A stretch of 64,000 nucleotides of DNA from Aquificaceae bacterium (GCA_037925075.1 JAXSNR010000002.1:64001-128000), one strand, 5' to 3'; positions 27,757 to 37,481 are shown, counted from the stretch's first letter. The notes: a model not told the origin generated them from the letters alone. Made by a program: numbers and translations.

Positions 27757-29937
27757 ATGTGGCGGGTGGTCTATACGGGTCAAAGGCCTCACTACGAAAA
27801 CATAGCCCTTGATAGGATAATGCTTGACCTGATGGCTGAGGGTAAAATCCCTCCCACCATAAGGTTTTTACAGTTTAAGCCTGAGTGCGTTTTGGTGGGT
27901 TTCCATCAGGCGGTGGAGCAAGAGGTAAGGCTTGAATACACACAAAGGGAGAATATACAAGTGGGCAGGCGTATAACCGGCGGTGGTGCCATATACTTTG
28001 ACGAAACGCAGATAGGCTGGGAGGTGATCGCAAGCACGGATCATGTGGGAAGCCTTAGCTACGAAGAGCTTACAAAGAAGATTTGCACAGGCGTTGCAAA
28101 GGGACTTCAAAGGCTTGGCATAAGGGCAGAATTTAGACCGAGAAACGACATAGAGGTGGAAGGAAGAAAGATCTCTGGCACTGGGGGAGTTTTTGAGGGT
28201 AAGACCTTTCTCTATCAGGGCACTGTGCTTATGGACTTTAACGTGGAGCGTATGCTTAAGTCCTTGCAAATTCCAGTGGAAAAGCTTACCTCAAAGGGTA
28301 TAAAGTCCGCAGAGGACAGGGTAGAGTGGGTCAAAAGAGCCTTGGGCTATATGCCACAGAAGGAAGAGGTCTTTTCCGCCATATTGGAGGGTCTAAAAGA
28401 AGAGCTTAGTATACAGTACCAATGGGGTGAGTTAAGCGATGAGGAGTTGGCTCTCCTTGAGGAGAAAAGGGACTACTTCAAAAGCGACGAATGGGTCTAT
28501 CATGTAAAGAAGGCACCGCAAGAGGAAGAAATGCTCTTTGGCATATATAGGTGTCCCGGTGGCACCTTTAGGGTCTCTGCCAAGGTGGACTTTCAGAGCA
28601 AGGTACTACAGCAGGTCATAATAAACGGCGACTTCTTTGTCAAACCCCAAAGGCTCATATACGACCTTGAGGCTTACCTAAAGCATACACCAATCGCTGA
28701 TGTGGAGAAGAGGATAAGGGAGTTTTTCTCACAGAGAAGGTGGGAAGGGTTAAACCTAAGCGTGGAAGACCTCGTGGAGGCGGTCCTTTTCCCACTTAGG
28801 AAGATAGAAGGGCTTGATCTAGGCATTGAAAAAAAAAGACTGAATAACATCATAGCCTCCATAGGTGGTGGGCTTATAGAGAACATAAACAAGGCTAAGG
28901 TTATGCTACTTCCTTACTGTGCCAAACCCCGTTGGTGCGACTACAGGCACTTAGACGACTGCGGAGAGTGTGGGGGTTGCACGGTGGGAGATGCCTACAG
29001 GCTTGCCTACCAAAAGGGCATGATACCCATCACCATAACCTCCTTTGAGCTACTCAGAGATACCCTCCTTTGGTGTGCCCAAAATGGGTATACCTACATA
29101 GGGCACTGCTGTTATGAGTTTTACGAAAAAAGGTATGAAATATTCAGGAGGGCGTCCGAAGAGGGAGCAAAGGGCGTGCTTTTTGACATAGTGGGGACCA
29201 CCTGCTACAGTCTTGGAGTGGAAGAGGAGGAGAAGGCTTATCATGGAGAGTTTACGGTAGAGCTGGACCTTATAAAGGAGGACCTATACCGGAGCCTTTC
29301 CATGAAAGAGGATGTAAAAGAGGAAGACAGCAAAAGGGAGGCAAACTTTGACTTTTCCCCCTACCTTGTAGATTTTAGACCCTCCTACTACAAAAAGCCA
29401 AAGGCTGTACCCACACCTGAAGAAGATAAGACAAGGGTCTCCATGGAAAGGGAGGTATTCCTCGGAGAGGCAACCATAGGAGATGAGGTAGTTAGCTATC
29501 TACAAGCCCTCCAAACCCTTGCCCGATGTATAAGGGAGTCGGAAAGGCCCACTCTGGTAGTGGGACCTCTAATCTTTTGGGACTTTGGAGACAAAAGGCT
29601 TCAAGAAAAGGCAAGATTGATAAGAGAGCTGATAGAAAAGGTAGGCAAATTCAACGTAAAGGTCCTGCCAGACTATAGACCAAAGCTGAAAAAGTACGAC
29701 CCTTCCGTGGAGATGGACCCACCAAACCCTCACCATGCGGTCTTACATGGCAAGCATGATCTTACCCTTCTTGTGGGAGTTCATTGCTACAGGACGGACT
29801 TTGTGATAAGGCTACTCAAAAAACACACGGAAACCAAGGTGGTCGCCCTATGCGGTCTTTATGGCCACCCCACCGCAGACCTTTCTACCAGCTTCACAGA
29901 AGCGGAGAAATTGGAAACTTTGCTTAAGCTTCTGTGA
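27757..29937 (+). CDS. Lipoate-protein ligase fused to a Cys-rich DUF116-like domain and a PorD/CdhB-like domain
   Basis: RRITGGGAIY, NDI, KISG ligase motifs; INGDFF accessory domain; LPYC..C...CGECGGC; C-terminal GPLIFW...PDYRPK...GVHC...LC..GH. Confidence 0.8.
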   Translation: MWRVVYTGQRPHYENIALDRIMLDLMAEGKIPPTIRFLQFKPECVLVGFHQAVEQEVRLEYTQRENIQVGRRITGGGAIYFDETQIGWEVIASTDHVGSLSYEELTKKICTGVAKGLQRLGIRAEFRPRNDIEVEGRKISGTGGVFEGKTFLYQGTVLMDFNVERMLKSLQIPVEKLTSKGIKSAEDRVEWVKRALGYMPQKEEVFSAILEGLKEELSIQYQWGELSDEELALLEEKRDYFKSDEWVYHVKKAPQEEEMLFGIYRCPGGTFRVSAKVDFQSKVLQQVIINGDFFVKPQRLIYDLEAYLKHTPIADVEKRIREFFSQRRWEGLNLSVEDLVEAVLFPLRKIEGLDLGIEKKRLNNIIASIGGGLIENINKAKVMLLPYCAKPRWCDYRHLDDCGECGGCTVGDAYRLAYQKGMIPITITSFELLRDTLLWCAQNGYTYIGHCCYEFYEKRYEIFRRASEEGAKGVLFDIVGTTCYSLGVEEEEKAYHGEFTVELDLIKEDLYRSLSMKEDVKEEDSKREANFDFSPYLVDFRPSYYKKPKAVPTPEEDKTRVSMEREVFLGEATIGDEVVSYLQALQTLARCIRESERPTLVVGPLIFWDFGDKRLQEKARLIRELIEKVGKFNVKVLPDYRPKLKKYDPSVEMDPPNPHHAVLHGKHDLTLLVGVHCYRTDFVIRLLKKHTETKVVALCGLYGHPTADLSTSFTEAEKLETLLKLL

Positions 29938-30015
29938 GTCTTTTCCACAAGCCTGAAGTTCAGGGTTCTTTCTTTTGCAACTTTGCAAAGGGAAAGGTGC
30001 TATATTAGGCTAACC

Positions 30016-31074
30016 ATGATAAGGATTATTCAACAGAATTTTTCGGAAGAGGAGAAGGAAATAGTCCTTGAAATACTTGAAAGCGGTCAGATAACGCGTG
30101 GTAAATGGACATCCCTTTTTCAGGAGGAGTTTGCCAGGTATTTGGGTGTTAAGCATGTATTTACCGTATGCTCTGGCACTGTAGCCCTTTTTGTAGCTTT
30201 GAAAGCCCTTGGTGTTGAGGGTGAAAGGGTGGTGGTCCCTGCCATGAGCTTTATGGCAACCATAGATGCGGTCTATCTTGCGGGCGGAGTGCCAGTGGTT
30301 GTGGATGTGGATGACTACTACACTATGGACCCTCAACAGCTTGAGGATGCGGTAAAAAGATACAGACCCAAGGTGGTCATACCCGTGCACCTGTACGGAC
30401 AGACCGCGGACATGGACGCCATAATGTGGCTTTCAGACAGGTACGGCTTTTATGTGCTTGAGGACTCCGCTCAGGCTCACGGAGCCAAATGGAAAGATAA
30501 AAGGGCTGGCTCTCTTGGGCATCTGTCCGCCTTTAGCTTTTACGCCTCAAAGAACCTCCCCATGGGAGAAGGCGGAGCTATAGCCACTGATGATGACAGG
30601 CTTGCCAAGGAGATAAAAAAATGGATAGACTTTGGGGACCATCCTGCCTTTAACCTGAGGATTACCGAGTTTCAGGCAGGTATAGGGTATGTTCAGCTCA
30701 AAAAACTGGAAGAAAACAACAGAAAAAGAAGAGAAACAGCATTTAGATATATGCAATCCCTAAACGGTGGCTTTGTCCATCCTGTAGAGAGGGAAAAGGC
30801 TTACCACGTATACCATCTTTATACTCTAAAACATCCAAACAGAGACCTTATGGTAGAAAGGTTAAAGGAAAAGGGTGTAGATGCAAGGGTGTACTATCCA
30901 TATCTTTTGCACGAACTCAGGTCCGCAGAACACCTTCCCACGCCCAAGGCGGAGAAGTTCAGAAAAGAGGTCTTTTCCATACCTGTCCATCCATACTTAT
31001 CTGAGGAAGAAGTAAACTTTATCGTTGACGCTCTTGTGTCTGAGGTTGGGTTAGTTCCGCACCCCTTATGTTGA
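30016..31074 (+). CDS. DegT/DnrJ/EryC1/StrS PLP aminotransferase
   Basis: SGTVAL, PVHLYGQ, EDSAQAHGA, FSFYASKNL...GEGG. Confidence 0.93.
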   Translation: MIRIIQQNFSEEEKEIVLEILESGQITRGKWTSLFQEEFARYLGVKHVFTVCSGTVALFVALKALGVEGERVVVPAMSFMATIDAVYLAGGVPVVVDVDDYYTMDPQQLEDAVKRYRPKVVIPVHLYGQTADMDAIMWLSDRYGFYVLEDSAQAHGAKWKDKRAGSLGHLSAFSFYASKNLPMGEGGAIATDDDRLAKEIKKWIDFGDHPAFNLRITEFQAGIGYVQLKKLEENNRKRRETAFRYMQSLNGGFVHPVEREKAYHVYHLYTLKHPNRDLMVERLKEKGVDARVYYPYLLHELRSAEHLPTPKAEKFRKEVFSIPVHPYLSEEEVNFIVDALVSEVGLVPHPLC

Positions 31075-31768
31075 GTATAACTATTTCTACTCTCCTGTTT
31101 TGGGCTCTGCCCTCAGGAGTGGCGTTAGAAGCCATGGGTCTCGTGTCCGCATAGCCTGAAGCTTTTAGCCTTTCTGGGTTTATACCTTTGGCTATAAAGT
31201 ACCTGACGATAGAGCCAGCTCTTGCTGTAGAAAGTTCCCAGTTGGAGGGAAACTTATCCGTGGATATGGGTATGTTGTCCGTGTGCCCCTCCACCTCTAC
31301 GGGATTTGGAAGGTCCTTTATTATTTCGTAGAGTTTGTCAAGCACTGGCCTCATTTCTGGCTTTATGTCCGCACTTCCCGATTCAAAAAGGAGCTTTTCC
31401 TGAAGTATGAGCCTTATACCTATGGCTTCATAGGCTATTTTAAATTCACCTTCAAGCCCCATTCTTTTTAGCATCTCCTGAAGCTCCAGAAGCTGTCTTT
31501 GAATTTTTCTTCCCTTTTCCGTGGGTTCTGCTCTTTTTAGCACAGGTTCTGGGAGTATTTGCTTAGGTAGTGTTTCCTGAAAGGGTACAAGTCTCATGCC
31601 AAAGGCTTTTGCAAAAGCCTGAGCGTATTCAAGGGCAGCTTGTTTTCCCGCCTGAGCCATAGCGAAGAGGGCTATAAAAAGGCATAAAAGTAATGTAAGA
31701 AAGTCCGCATAGGGAATCGCCCACTTTTCGGAAACTTCCTCTGGACACTTTTTCTTCCTTGCCATCAC
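31019..31768 (-). CDS. motB: Flagellar stator protein B
   Basis: WAIPYADFLTLL, GHTD, NWELSTARA, NRRVEI. Confidence 0.95.
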   Translation of the reverse strand: MMARKKKCPEEVSEKWAIPYADFLTLLLCLFIALFAMAQAGKQAALEYAQAFAKAFGMRLVPFQETLPKQILPEPVLKRAEPTEKGRKIQRQLLELQEMLKRMGLEGEFKIAYEAIGIRLILQEKLLFESGSADIKPEMRPVLDKLYEIIKDLPNPVEVEGHTDNIPISTDKFPSNWELSTARAGSIVRYFIAKGINPERLKASGYADTRPMASNATPEGRAQNRRVEIVILNIRGAELTQPQTQERQR

Positions 31769-32511
31769 TTGACCTCAACGTAGGAGCTAAGCCTTTCTTC
31801 AATAAGCCTCGGGTTTTCACCCCTTACCATCATCCTACAGGCGTCCAGTATCATATACATCCTCAGGATTTCTTCTTTTGACTTTATCTTGATCTTTTTG
31901 GAAAGTGGGCCAAACACAAGATAGGAAAAGGTTATACCATAGACGGTTGCCACAAAAGCTGCAGATATGCCGGCAGCAAGCTCCTGAGCGTTATCAAGGC
32001 TCTTTAAGGCCTTCATCAGTCCAAAAACAGCACCTACAAGCCCAAAGGTAGGTGCACTTTCTGCGGAGTTTTTCCAGTATTCCACCGCTATCTCAAAATC
32101 CTCCTCCTTTTTTGCTATCTCCGCCTCAAGGCTTTCCACAAGCACGTTTTCATCTACTCCAAGAACCATAAGGTCTATGGCTCTCCTGAGAAAGGGGTCC
32201 TCTATTTCTTCCGCCCGAGTTTCAAGGGCAAGCATTCCCTCTTTTCTTACTATATTTGCCAATTCCACAAGCTGGGTTTTTGTCTCAAGAGCCTCGTTGC
32301 CTCCCCCTTTGAAAGCTATCTTAAGTCCTTCTATTATCAAAGAAAACTTCGATATGGGCATGGTTATAAGGCTTGCAAATAGGGTGGTGGGAACCACTAT
32401 AACAAAGGCAGCGGGCTGAATCAGAAAGAGTATACTGGCACCCTTGAGAATAGCACCTATTAAAAGAGCCACAAGCCCTCCCACAATACCTATAACCGTA
32501 AGAAGGTCCAT
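31765..32511 (-). CDS. motA: Flagellar stator protein A
   Basis: RKEGMLALE, APTFGLVGAVFGL, AFVATVYG. Confidence 0.95.
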   Translation of the reverse strand: MDLLTVIGIVGGLVALLIGAILKGASILFLIQPAAFVIVVPTTLFASLITMPISKFSLIIEGLKIAFKGGGNEALETKTQLVELANIVRKEGMLALETRAEEIEDPFLRRAIDLMVLGVDENVLVESLEAEIAKKEEDFEIAVEYWKNSAESAPTFGLVGAVFGLMKALKSLDNAQELAAGISAAFVATVYGITFSYLVFGPLSKKIKIKSKEEILRMYMILDACRMMVRGENPRLIEERLSSYVEVK

Positions 32512-32553
32512 GTTAATTATTATAATCGTTAGCTGTGTTTTAATATTTAAGCC

Positions 32554-33738
32554 ATGAGAGTTTTAAGTGGAATGAGGCCAACTGGCAAACTACACCTTGG
32601 GCATTATTTTGGGGTAATAAGAAATTGGGTAAGATTGCAAGAAGAATATGACACCCTTTACATGGTTGCAGACTGGCATGCCCTTACTACTGGCTACAAG
32701 AGGGTGGATGAAATACCCCAGAATATAGAGGATATGCTTATAGACTGGCTTGTCTTGGGTATTGACCCGCACAAAAGCATCATATTCCAGCAGTCAAAGG
32801 TAAAGGAGCATGCGGAGCTTTTTCTCATATTTTCCATGATAACGCCAAAAAGCTGGCTTGAGTGGAACCCCACCTACAAGGATACCAAGTATAACCTCCT
32901 AAGGATTGCAGACCTCAGCCTCATGTTTAAAGGGGGTTTAAGGGATCATATAAAAACCTTTATCGCTAAGCTACCTTACAGGGTTGAGGACTTTGAGGCT
33001 TTTGAAGAGCTTCTTCTTGATGCCTTGTCTGACACTCTCATAGGTGCAGTTTTTGAAGGTTATTTGGAAAAGGAAATACTTAGGGAGCTTAATGTCTCTA
33101 AAAGGGATTTTTACGACACGGATACCTATGGATTCCTTGGCTATCCAGTGCTTCAGGCGGTGGACATACTCATATACAAGGCTCAGGCGGTTCCGGTAGG
33201 AGAAGACCAGCTACCACACATAGAACTTTCAAGGGAAATAGCAAGAAGGTTTAACAATCTATACGGAGAAACCTTCCCAGAGCCTCAGGCAATGCTTACG
33301 GAAACTCCGAGGCTTCCGGGCACGGATGGAAGGAAGATGAGCAAATCCTACGGCAACGCCATATACTTTGAAGACAGCGAAGAAGAGGTAAAGAAAAAGG
33401 TCATGAGCTTTTATACAGACCCCCAAAAGCTCAGAAAGGGAGACCCCGGAAGACCAGACATATGCCCCGTGTTTTTCTACCACAAGATTTTTACACCATC
33501 GGAAAGAACTGAGGAGATAGAAAGAGACTGCAAAAGTGGTAGGCTTGGATGTGTGGATTGCAAAAAAATTATGTTCGAAGGGCTTGAAGGTTTTCTCAAA
33601 CCACTGAGAGAAAAAAGGGAAGAGGTTGTAAAAAACAAGGAACTCCTCATGGAGATATTAGAAGAGGGTTCTAAAAGGGCAAGACGCATAGCCCAAGAGA
33701 CCATGGAAGAAGTAAGAGAAAGAATAAGGGTGGGATGA
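32554..33738 (+). CDS. trpS: Tryptophan--tRNA ligase (with internal insertion)
   Basis: SGMRPTGKLHLGH, YPVLQAVDIL, VGEDQ, KMSKS. Confidence 0.96.
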   Translation: MRVLSGMRPTGKLHLGHYFGVIRNWVRLQEEYDTLYMVADWHALTTGYKRVDEIPQNIEDMLIDWLVLGIDPHKSIIFQQSKVKEHAELFLIFSMITPKSWLEWNPTYKDTKYNLLRIADLSLMFKGGLRDHIKTFIAKLPYRVEDFEAFEELLLDALSDTLIGAVFEGYLEKEILRELNVSKRDFYDTDTYGFLGYPVLQAVDILIYKAQAVPVGEDQLPHIELSREIARRFNNLYGETFPEPQAMLTETPRLPGTDGRKMSKSYGNAIYFEDSEEEVKKKVMSFYTDPQKLRKGDPGRPDICPVFFYHKIFTPSERTEEIERDCKSGRLGCVDCKKIMFEGLEGFLKPLREKREEVVKNKELLMEILEEGSKRARRIAQETMEEVRERIRVG

Positions 33739-34787
33739 CTTATATCCTTCTGATCTTTGCCTTTTTTGTACTCTACTTACTTTTAGCTGAGCTTTATCCT
33801 GTAAGGTTTTTAAAGGCGGAAAAGGTTAACAAAACAGGTTTTTCAGACCTACCGCCCTTATACCTGTATTCCTTTGAGCTTCATATCCATACCCAGTTTT
33901 CATACGATTCTCTTGGAAAGCCAGAGGATTTGATCAGAGCTTCAAAAGAGGAAGACATAGACTTTGTTATAACCACAGATCATGAAAACGACCATATAAA
34001 AAACTTTGCAGGTGGAAACATAATAGCGGGCAAGGAGATAAAGATTACGGACGAAAAGGGAAGAATACTTGGAGACCTTCTTGAGGTACAAGATATAAGA
34101 GTGGTTGCCCATCCCTTTAAAGAAAAATACAGATGGCGTCTTCCCCTTCCAGAGGATTATCTTTTTGAGATTATAGACTTGAAGGACGCACTGCTTGAAA
34201 GAAAGTGGATGCTTTTTCTTCTGTTGCCTCATGTGATCCTGAGGGGGCTTATCTCCATAAACTTGGCTCTTGACTTTTTGAAAGGGCTCGTGGATATAAG
34301 AAGATACGCCCTTATGTACCTAAATATGGGTGTAAAAAATCCAGTGGTTGCAGGGCTTGACCATCACGTGAAGGTGTATGTAAGGGAGGTAGGTATAAGG
34401 TTCCTCTTTCCTAACTACCTGCATAGCTTTAGAATCTTGAGAAACTTTCTTATAACCACAAAAAGGGTAAAAGATTCAGAGAGCTTCCTAAGAGAGTTAA
34501 AACAGGGAAGCATACTCATATCTTTTAGCAAAAAGCCAACCGTATTTTGGAAAGAAGCTCATACGATTAAAATCTTACCACCTACGAACTGCCTTCTATG
34601 TCTTTTAAGGGAAAAGGGAGAGGAGTTTTACCGTGGATCCTACTTTGAGATAAATATACCCTCCGGAAGGAGCCTTCTTCTGGGATATACTTATAAGTTC
34701 AGACTTTGGAGGTTTTACTTCGGGCTTGCGCCCCTTTTCTTATTTACGCACAAGGAGGAAAAGGATGGAAGAGATGCCTCTTCCTGA
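33735..34787 (+). CDS. Membrane-anchored PHP-domain phosphoesterase-like protein
   Basis: N-terminal TM, HIHTQFSYD, TDH, AHP, GLDHH. Confidence 0.75.
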   Translation: MTYILLIFAFFVLYLLLAELYPVRFLKAEKVNKTGFSDLPPLYLYSFELHIHTQFSYDSLGKPEDLIRASKEEDIDFVITTDHENDHIKNFAGGNIIAGKEIKITDEKGRILGDLLEVQDIRVVAHPFKEKYRWRLPLPEDYLFEIIDLKDALLERKWMLFLLLPHVILRGLISINLALDFLKGLVDIRRYALMYLNMGVKNPVVAGLDHHVKVYVREVGIRFLFPNYLHSFRILRNFLITTKRVKDSESFLRELKQGSILISFSKKPTVFWKEAHTIKILPPTNCLLCLLREKGEEFYRGSYFEINIPSGRSLLLGYTYKFRLWRFYFGLAPLFLFTHKEEKDGRDASS

Positions 34788-34995
34788 GGAGATAAAGGAG
34801 AAGATCCTTCAAAGGGTATCCAACAAGGCTCTTGCCATAAAAGCCTTTGAGTACATAAGGCTTGTAAAAAGGGAAGATGGAACCCTTTGGGTAAAAGAAA
34901 ACTTTAAAGATACCAATAACCATGCCTTGTGGTTTATGGTGCTTGCCTGTGTAAATTACGCCCAAAGACTTATAAAAGGAGAGGACATAGACTGA
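34765..34995 (+). CDS. Small hypothetical protein
   Basis: AGGAGG upstream; overlaps both neighbours in an operon-like run. Confidence 0.65.
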   Translation: MEEMPLPEEIKEKILQRVSNKALAIKAFEYIRLVKREDGTLWVKENFKDTNNHALWFMVLACVNYAQRLIKGEDID

Positions 34996-35342
34996 TGCCT
35001 TGGAATGTGATAGTAAAGAAAAGGTTTAACTGGGCTCACTTTCTTACGGATTATCACGGTGCTCCAGAACCCATACACGGACACACATGGACTGTGGAAA
35101 TTCACATAAGGGCGGACAGGGTGGATTCGGGAGGTATGGGTTATGACTTCATAGAAGTTGAAGCTTTTCTGAGGGAGCTGTTGCCAGATTACAGGCTTAT
35201 AAACGAGATAGTGGATTTTTCACCCAGCGCGGAGAACATGGCAAGATGGATTTACAAAAGGGTAAAGGAGAGGTACCCCACAGTCTCCAAGGTTGTGGTT
35301 TGGGAAAAAGAGGACTGTGGGGCTGAGTACTGGGAGGATTAA
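34995..35342 (+). CDS. 6-pyruvoyl-tetrahydropterin synthase family protein (ExxHGH, PTPS-III-like)
   Basis: FNWAH, EPIHGH, PSAENMA, VWE; TGATG coupling. Confidence 0.85.
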   Translation: MPWNVIVKKRFNWAHFLTDYHGAPEPIHGHTWTVEIHIRADRVDSGGMGYDFIEVEAFLRELLPDYRLINEIVDFSPSAENMARWIYKRVKERYPTVSKVVVWEKEDCGAEYWED

Positions 35343-35794
35343 CAGTTAATACAATTTGCCTCTTTTGCCTGTCTTGCCCTCTTTGCCATCTCAAGATCGT
35401 AGGCTTTGCCCTGCCAGAGCATCTGATAGACCACTTCGTAGGTGCTTTCCGCAAGTTCTGCAAGCTCTTTAAAGAGCCTATTGAAGCCCTCGCTTCTGTG
35501 GGATTCTTCGTGGTCCTCTAAGGACCTCCAGAAGGTGATTATGAGAACTTCCCTTTCCTTAAGGGGATGCTCTATGGTTTGACCGGCGGTAGAGCCCTCA
35601 AGGGAGACACCACCCGTATTCAGTGCCACAAAGCCTCCGTAAAAGCCCGTGTCCGAATGATAGGTTTTCACATGCTCGCAGAGGTATGCCACCTTCTCCG
35701 CCAAATCGTCAATGGTAACACCCTCCTTGAGTACCACATAGTTTATGTTAACTATTGCGTCCTCTGGAACATCCACTATATAGTTTCCATACAT
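35339..35794 (-). CDS. Sulfur oxygenase reductase-like / ABM-fold protein
   Basis: IN..LK...C...GF.G...TFW...HEESH...YE..Y pattern; C-terminal CINC; strong RBS. Confidence 0.55.
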   Translation of the reverse strand: MYGNYIVDVPEDAIVNINYVVLKEGVTIDDLAEKVAYLCEHVKTYHSDTGFYGGFVALNTGGVSLEGSTAGQTIEHPLKEREVLIITFWRSLEDHEESHRSEGFNRLFKELAELAESTYEVVYQMLWQGKAYDLEMAKRARQAKEANCINC

Positions 35795-35880
35795 GTTGGC
35801 ACCTCCTTTAAGGTTTTAGGATATTCTAATATAGTTAAAGATTTATTCTGAGTTATGTGTTAGGTCATAAATACTGACGC

Positions 35881-37041
35881 TTAGTGCCCTTCGTATGCCC
35901 TTTTGTAGAGTTTATAAAGGTCCTCAAGAGAGGGTTCTACGGGGTTTATGGAAAAAAGACCTCGCGAAAGCATATAAACATCCTCTGTGAGTCTTTCAAG
36001 CTTTTCCTTTTCCACCCCAAGGTCCTTTAAACTCAACCTAAGACCTACCCTTTGCAAGAAGTCCTCAAGAGCCTTAACAGCCATATGAGGCTTTGGTTCA
36101 TAGCCCATAAGTTCAGAAAAGAGAGAATACTTTTCAGGGTTTCCTCTGTGGTTGAAATCTGTAACCGCGACCGCAAGGGCGGAAAGTCCCTCCGCGTGTG
36201 CCACATGAGGGTAGTGGGCGGAAACTGGATGCTCCATGCCATGTATGAGGGCTACCCTCTTTTTGTCTATGGCTATACCTGCAAGCATACTCGCATAGCT
36301 CATATAGGTCCTTGCCTGTAAGTTTTGAGGTTCTTCAAGGGCTATGGGAAGCCATTTTTTTATAAGGACTATTGCCTTCATGGCAAGTTCTTCAGCCAAG
36401 GCGTTGGAAAGTCTGTTGGTAAGAGATTCAAGGGCATGTATGAGGGCGTCTATACCAGTTATGGCGGTAAGCCTTCTGTCCATAGAAAGGGTAAGCTCTG
36501 GGTCAATGAGGGCTACCTTTGGATAGTTGAGGGAGTGTGATATAACCATCTTCTCCTTTCTTATGGGGTTTGAGATCACCGAGTACCTGTTTACCTCGCT
36601 TCCCGTCCCTGCGGTGGTGGGTATGCATATCACAGGCCTGTTTAAAAAGGGTATAAGCCTTGGACCTTCTGGGTAGTTCACATAATCCCATGCATAGCCC
36701 TCGTTGGAGGAGACTATGGATACTGCCTTTGCGGAGTCAAGGCTACTGCCACCCCCAAGGCCTACTATGTAATCTATTTTTTCCTTAACCACCAATTCGC
36801 TTGCAATATTTACCATCTTGTCCGTAGGGTTTGGTTCTATACCATCAAAAACCAGCACCTCCTCCGCTCCATTTCTTTTTAGAGATTCGACCACCTTTTG
36901 AAGAGAGCCATTTTCCTTAGTGCTTTTTTTGCCAGTGACTACAAGAACTCTGTATCCAAAACGCCTACCCACCTCGCCAACCTTATGTACAGAGCCTGTG
37001 CCGAATATTATCTCAACAGGAAGATAGAATTCAAAGTTCAT
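35881..37041 (-). CDS. Iron-containing alcohol dehydrogenase
   Basis: EPNP, GGGSSLD, PTTAGTGSE, DALIHALE, HGMEH. Confidence 0.93.
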   Translation of the reverse strand: MNFEFYLPVEIIFGTGSVHKVGEVGRRFGYRVLVVTGKKSTKENGSLQKVVESLKRNGAEEVLVFDGIEPNPTDKMVNIASELVVKEKIDYIVGLGGGSSLDSAKAVSIVSSNEGYAWDYVNYPEGPRLIPFLNRPVICIPTTAGTGSEVNRYSVISNPIRKEKMVISHSLNYPKVALIDPELTLSMDRRLTAITGIDALIHALESLTNRLSNALAEELAMKAIVLIKKWLPIALEEPQNLQARTYMSYASMLAGIAIDKKRVALIHGMEHPVSAHYPHVAHAEGLSALAVAVTDFNHRGNPEKYSLFSELMGYEPKPHMAVKALEDFLQRVGLRLSLKDLGVEKEKLERLTEDVYMLSRGLFSINPVEPSLEDLYKLYKRAYEGH

Positions 37042-37481
37042 GCTTCTGTTATGTCTTCCCTTTGAAGTTCTACCTCCTCGGGTATGGTTGCCTCAAAGGT
37101 GATGGCTGGGTATGTGGGTACTATGCCTTCTTCTTCCGCCTTTTCCGCACAGTGGGCATGGTATCTGGTCCATGGTATGGCCATGAGCCTTTCAAAGGGT
37201 ATTTCTTCGTTGCAGTATTCACATATGCCGTATGTGCCTGCTTGGATCTTACTAAGGGCATGGTCAATCTCCTTTATCAGGAAAAATTCCCTTGAGGAGA
37301 GGGTGTCAAGTAGCTCCTGCGTGTAGGTCATCTGCCCTATGTCCTCTAAGTCTCTTGGCTCCTTTACCTCCTCTTCAATTTGTGCCTGCGTGTCCTCCTT
37401 TTTTCTGTATCTTTCAAGGAGTTTGTCCTTCTCCTCTAAGAGCTTCTCCTTCAAAATTTCAAGCTGTTCTCTGCTCAACAT
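37038..37481 (-). CDS. dksA: DksA/TraR zinc-finger protein
   Basis: Coiled coil with DLED, GTYGICEYC.EEIPFERL.AIP. Confidence 0.85.
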   Translation of the reverse strand: MLSREQLEILKEKLLEEKDKLLERYRKKEDTQAQIEEEVKEPRDLEDIGQMTYTQELLDTLSSREFFLIKEIDHALSKIQAGTYGICEYCNEEIPFERLMAIPWTRYHAHCAEKAEEEGIVPTYPAITFEATIPEEVELQREDITEA

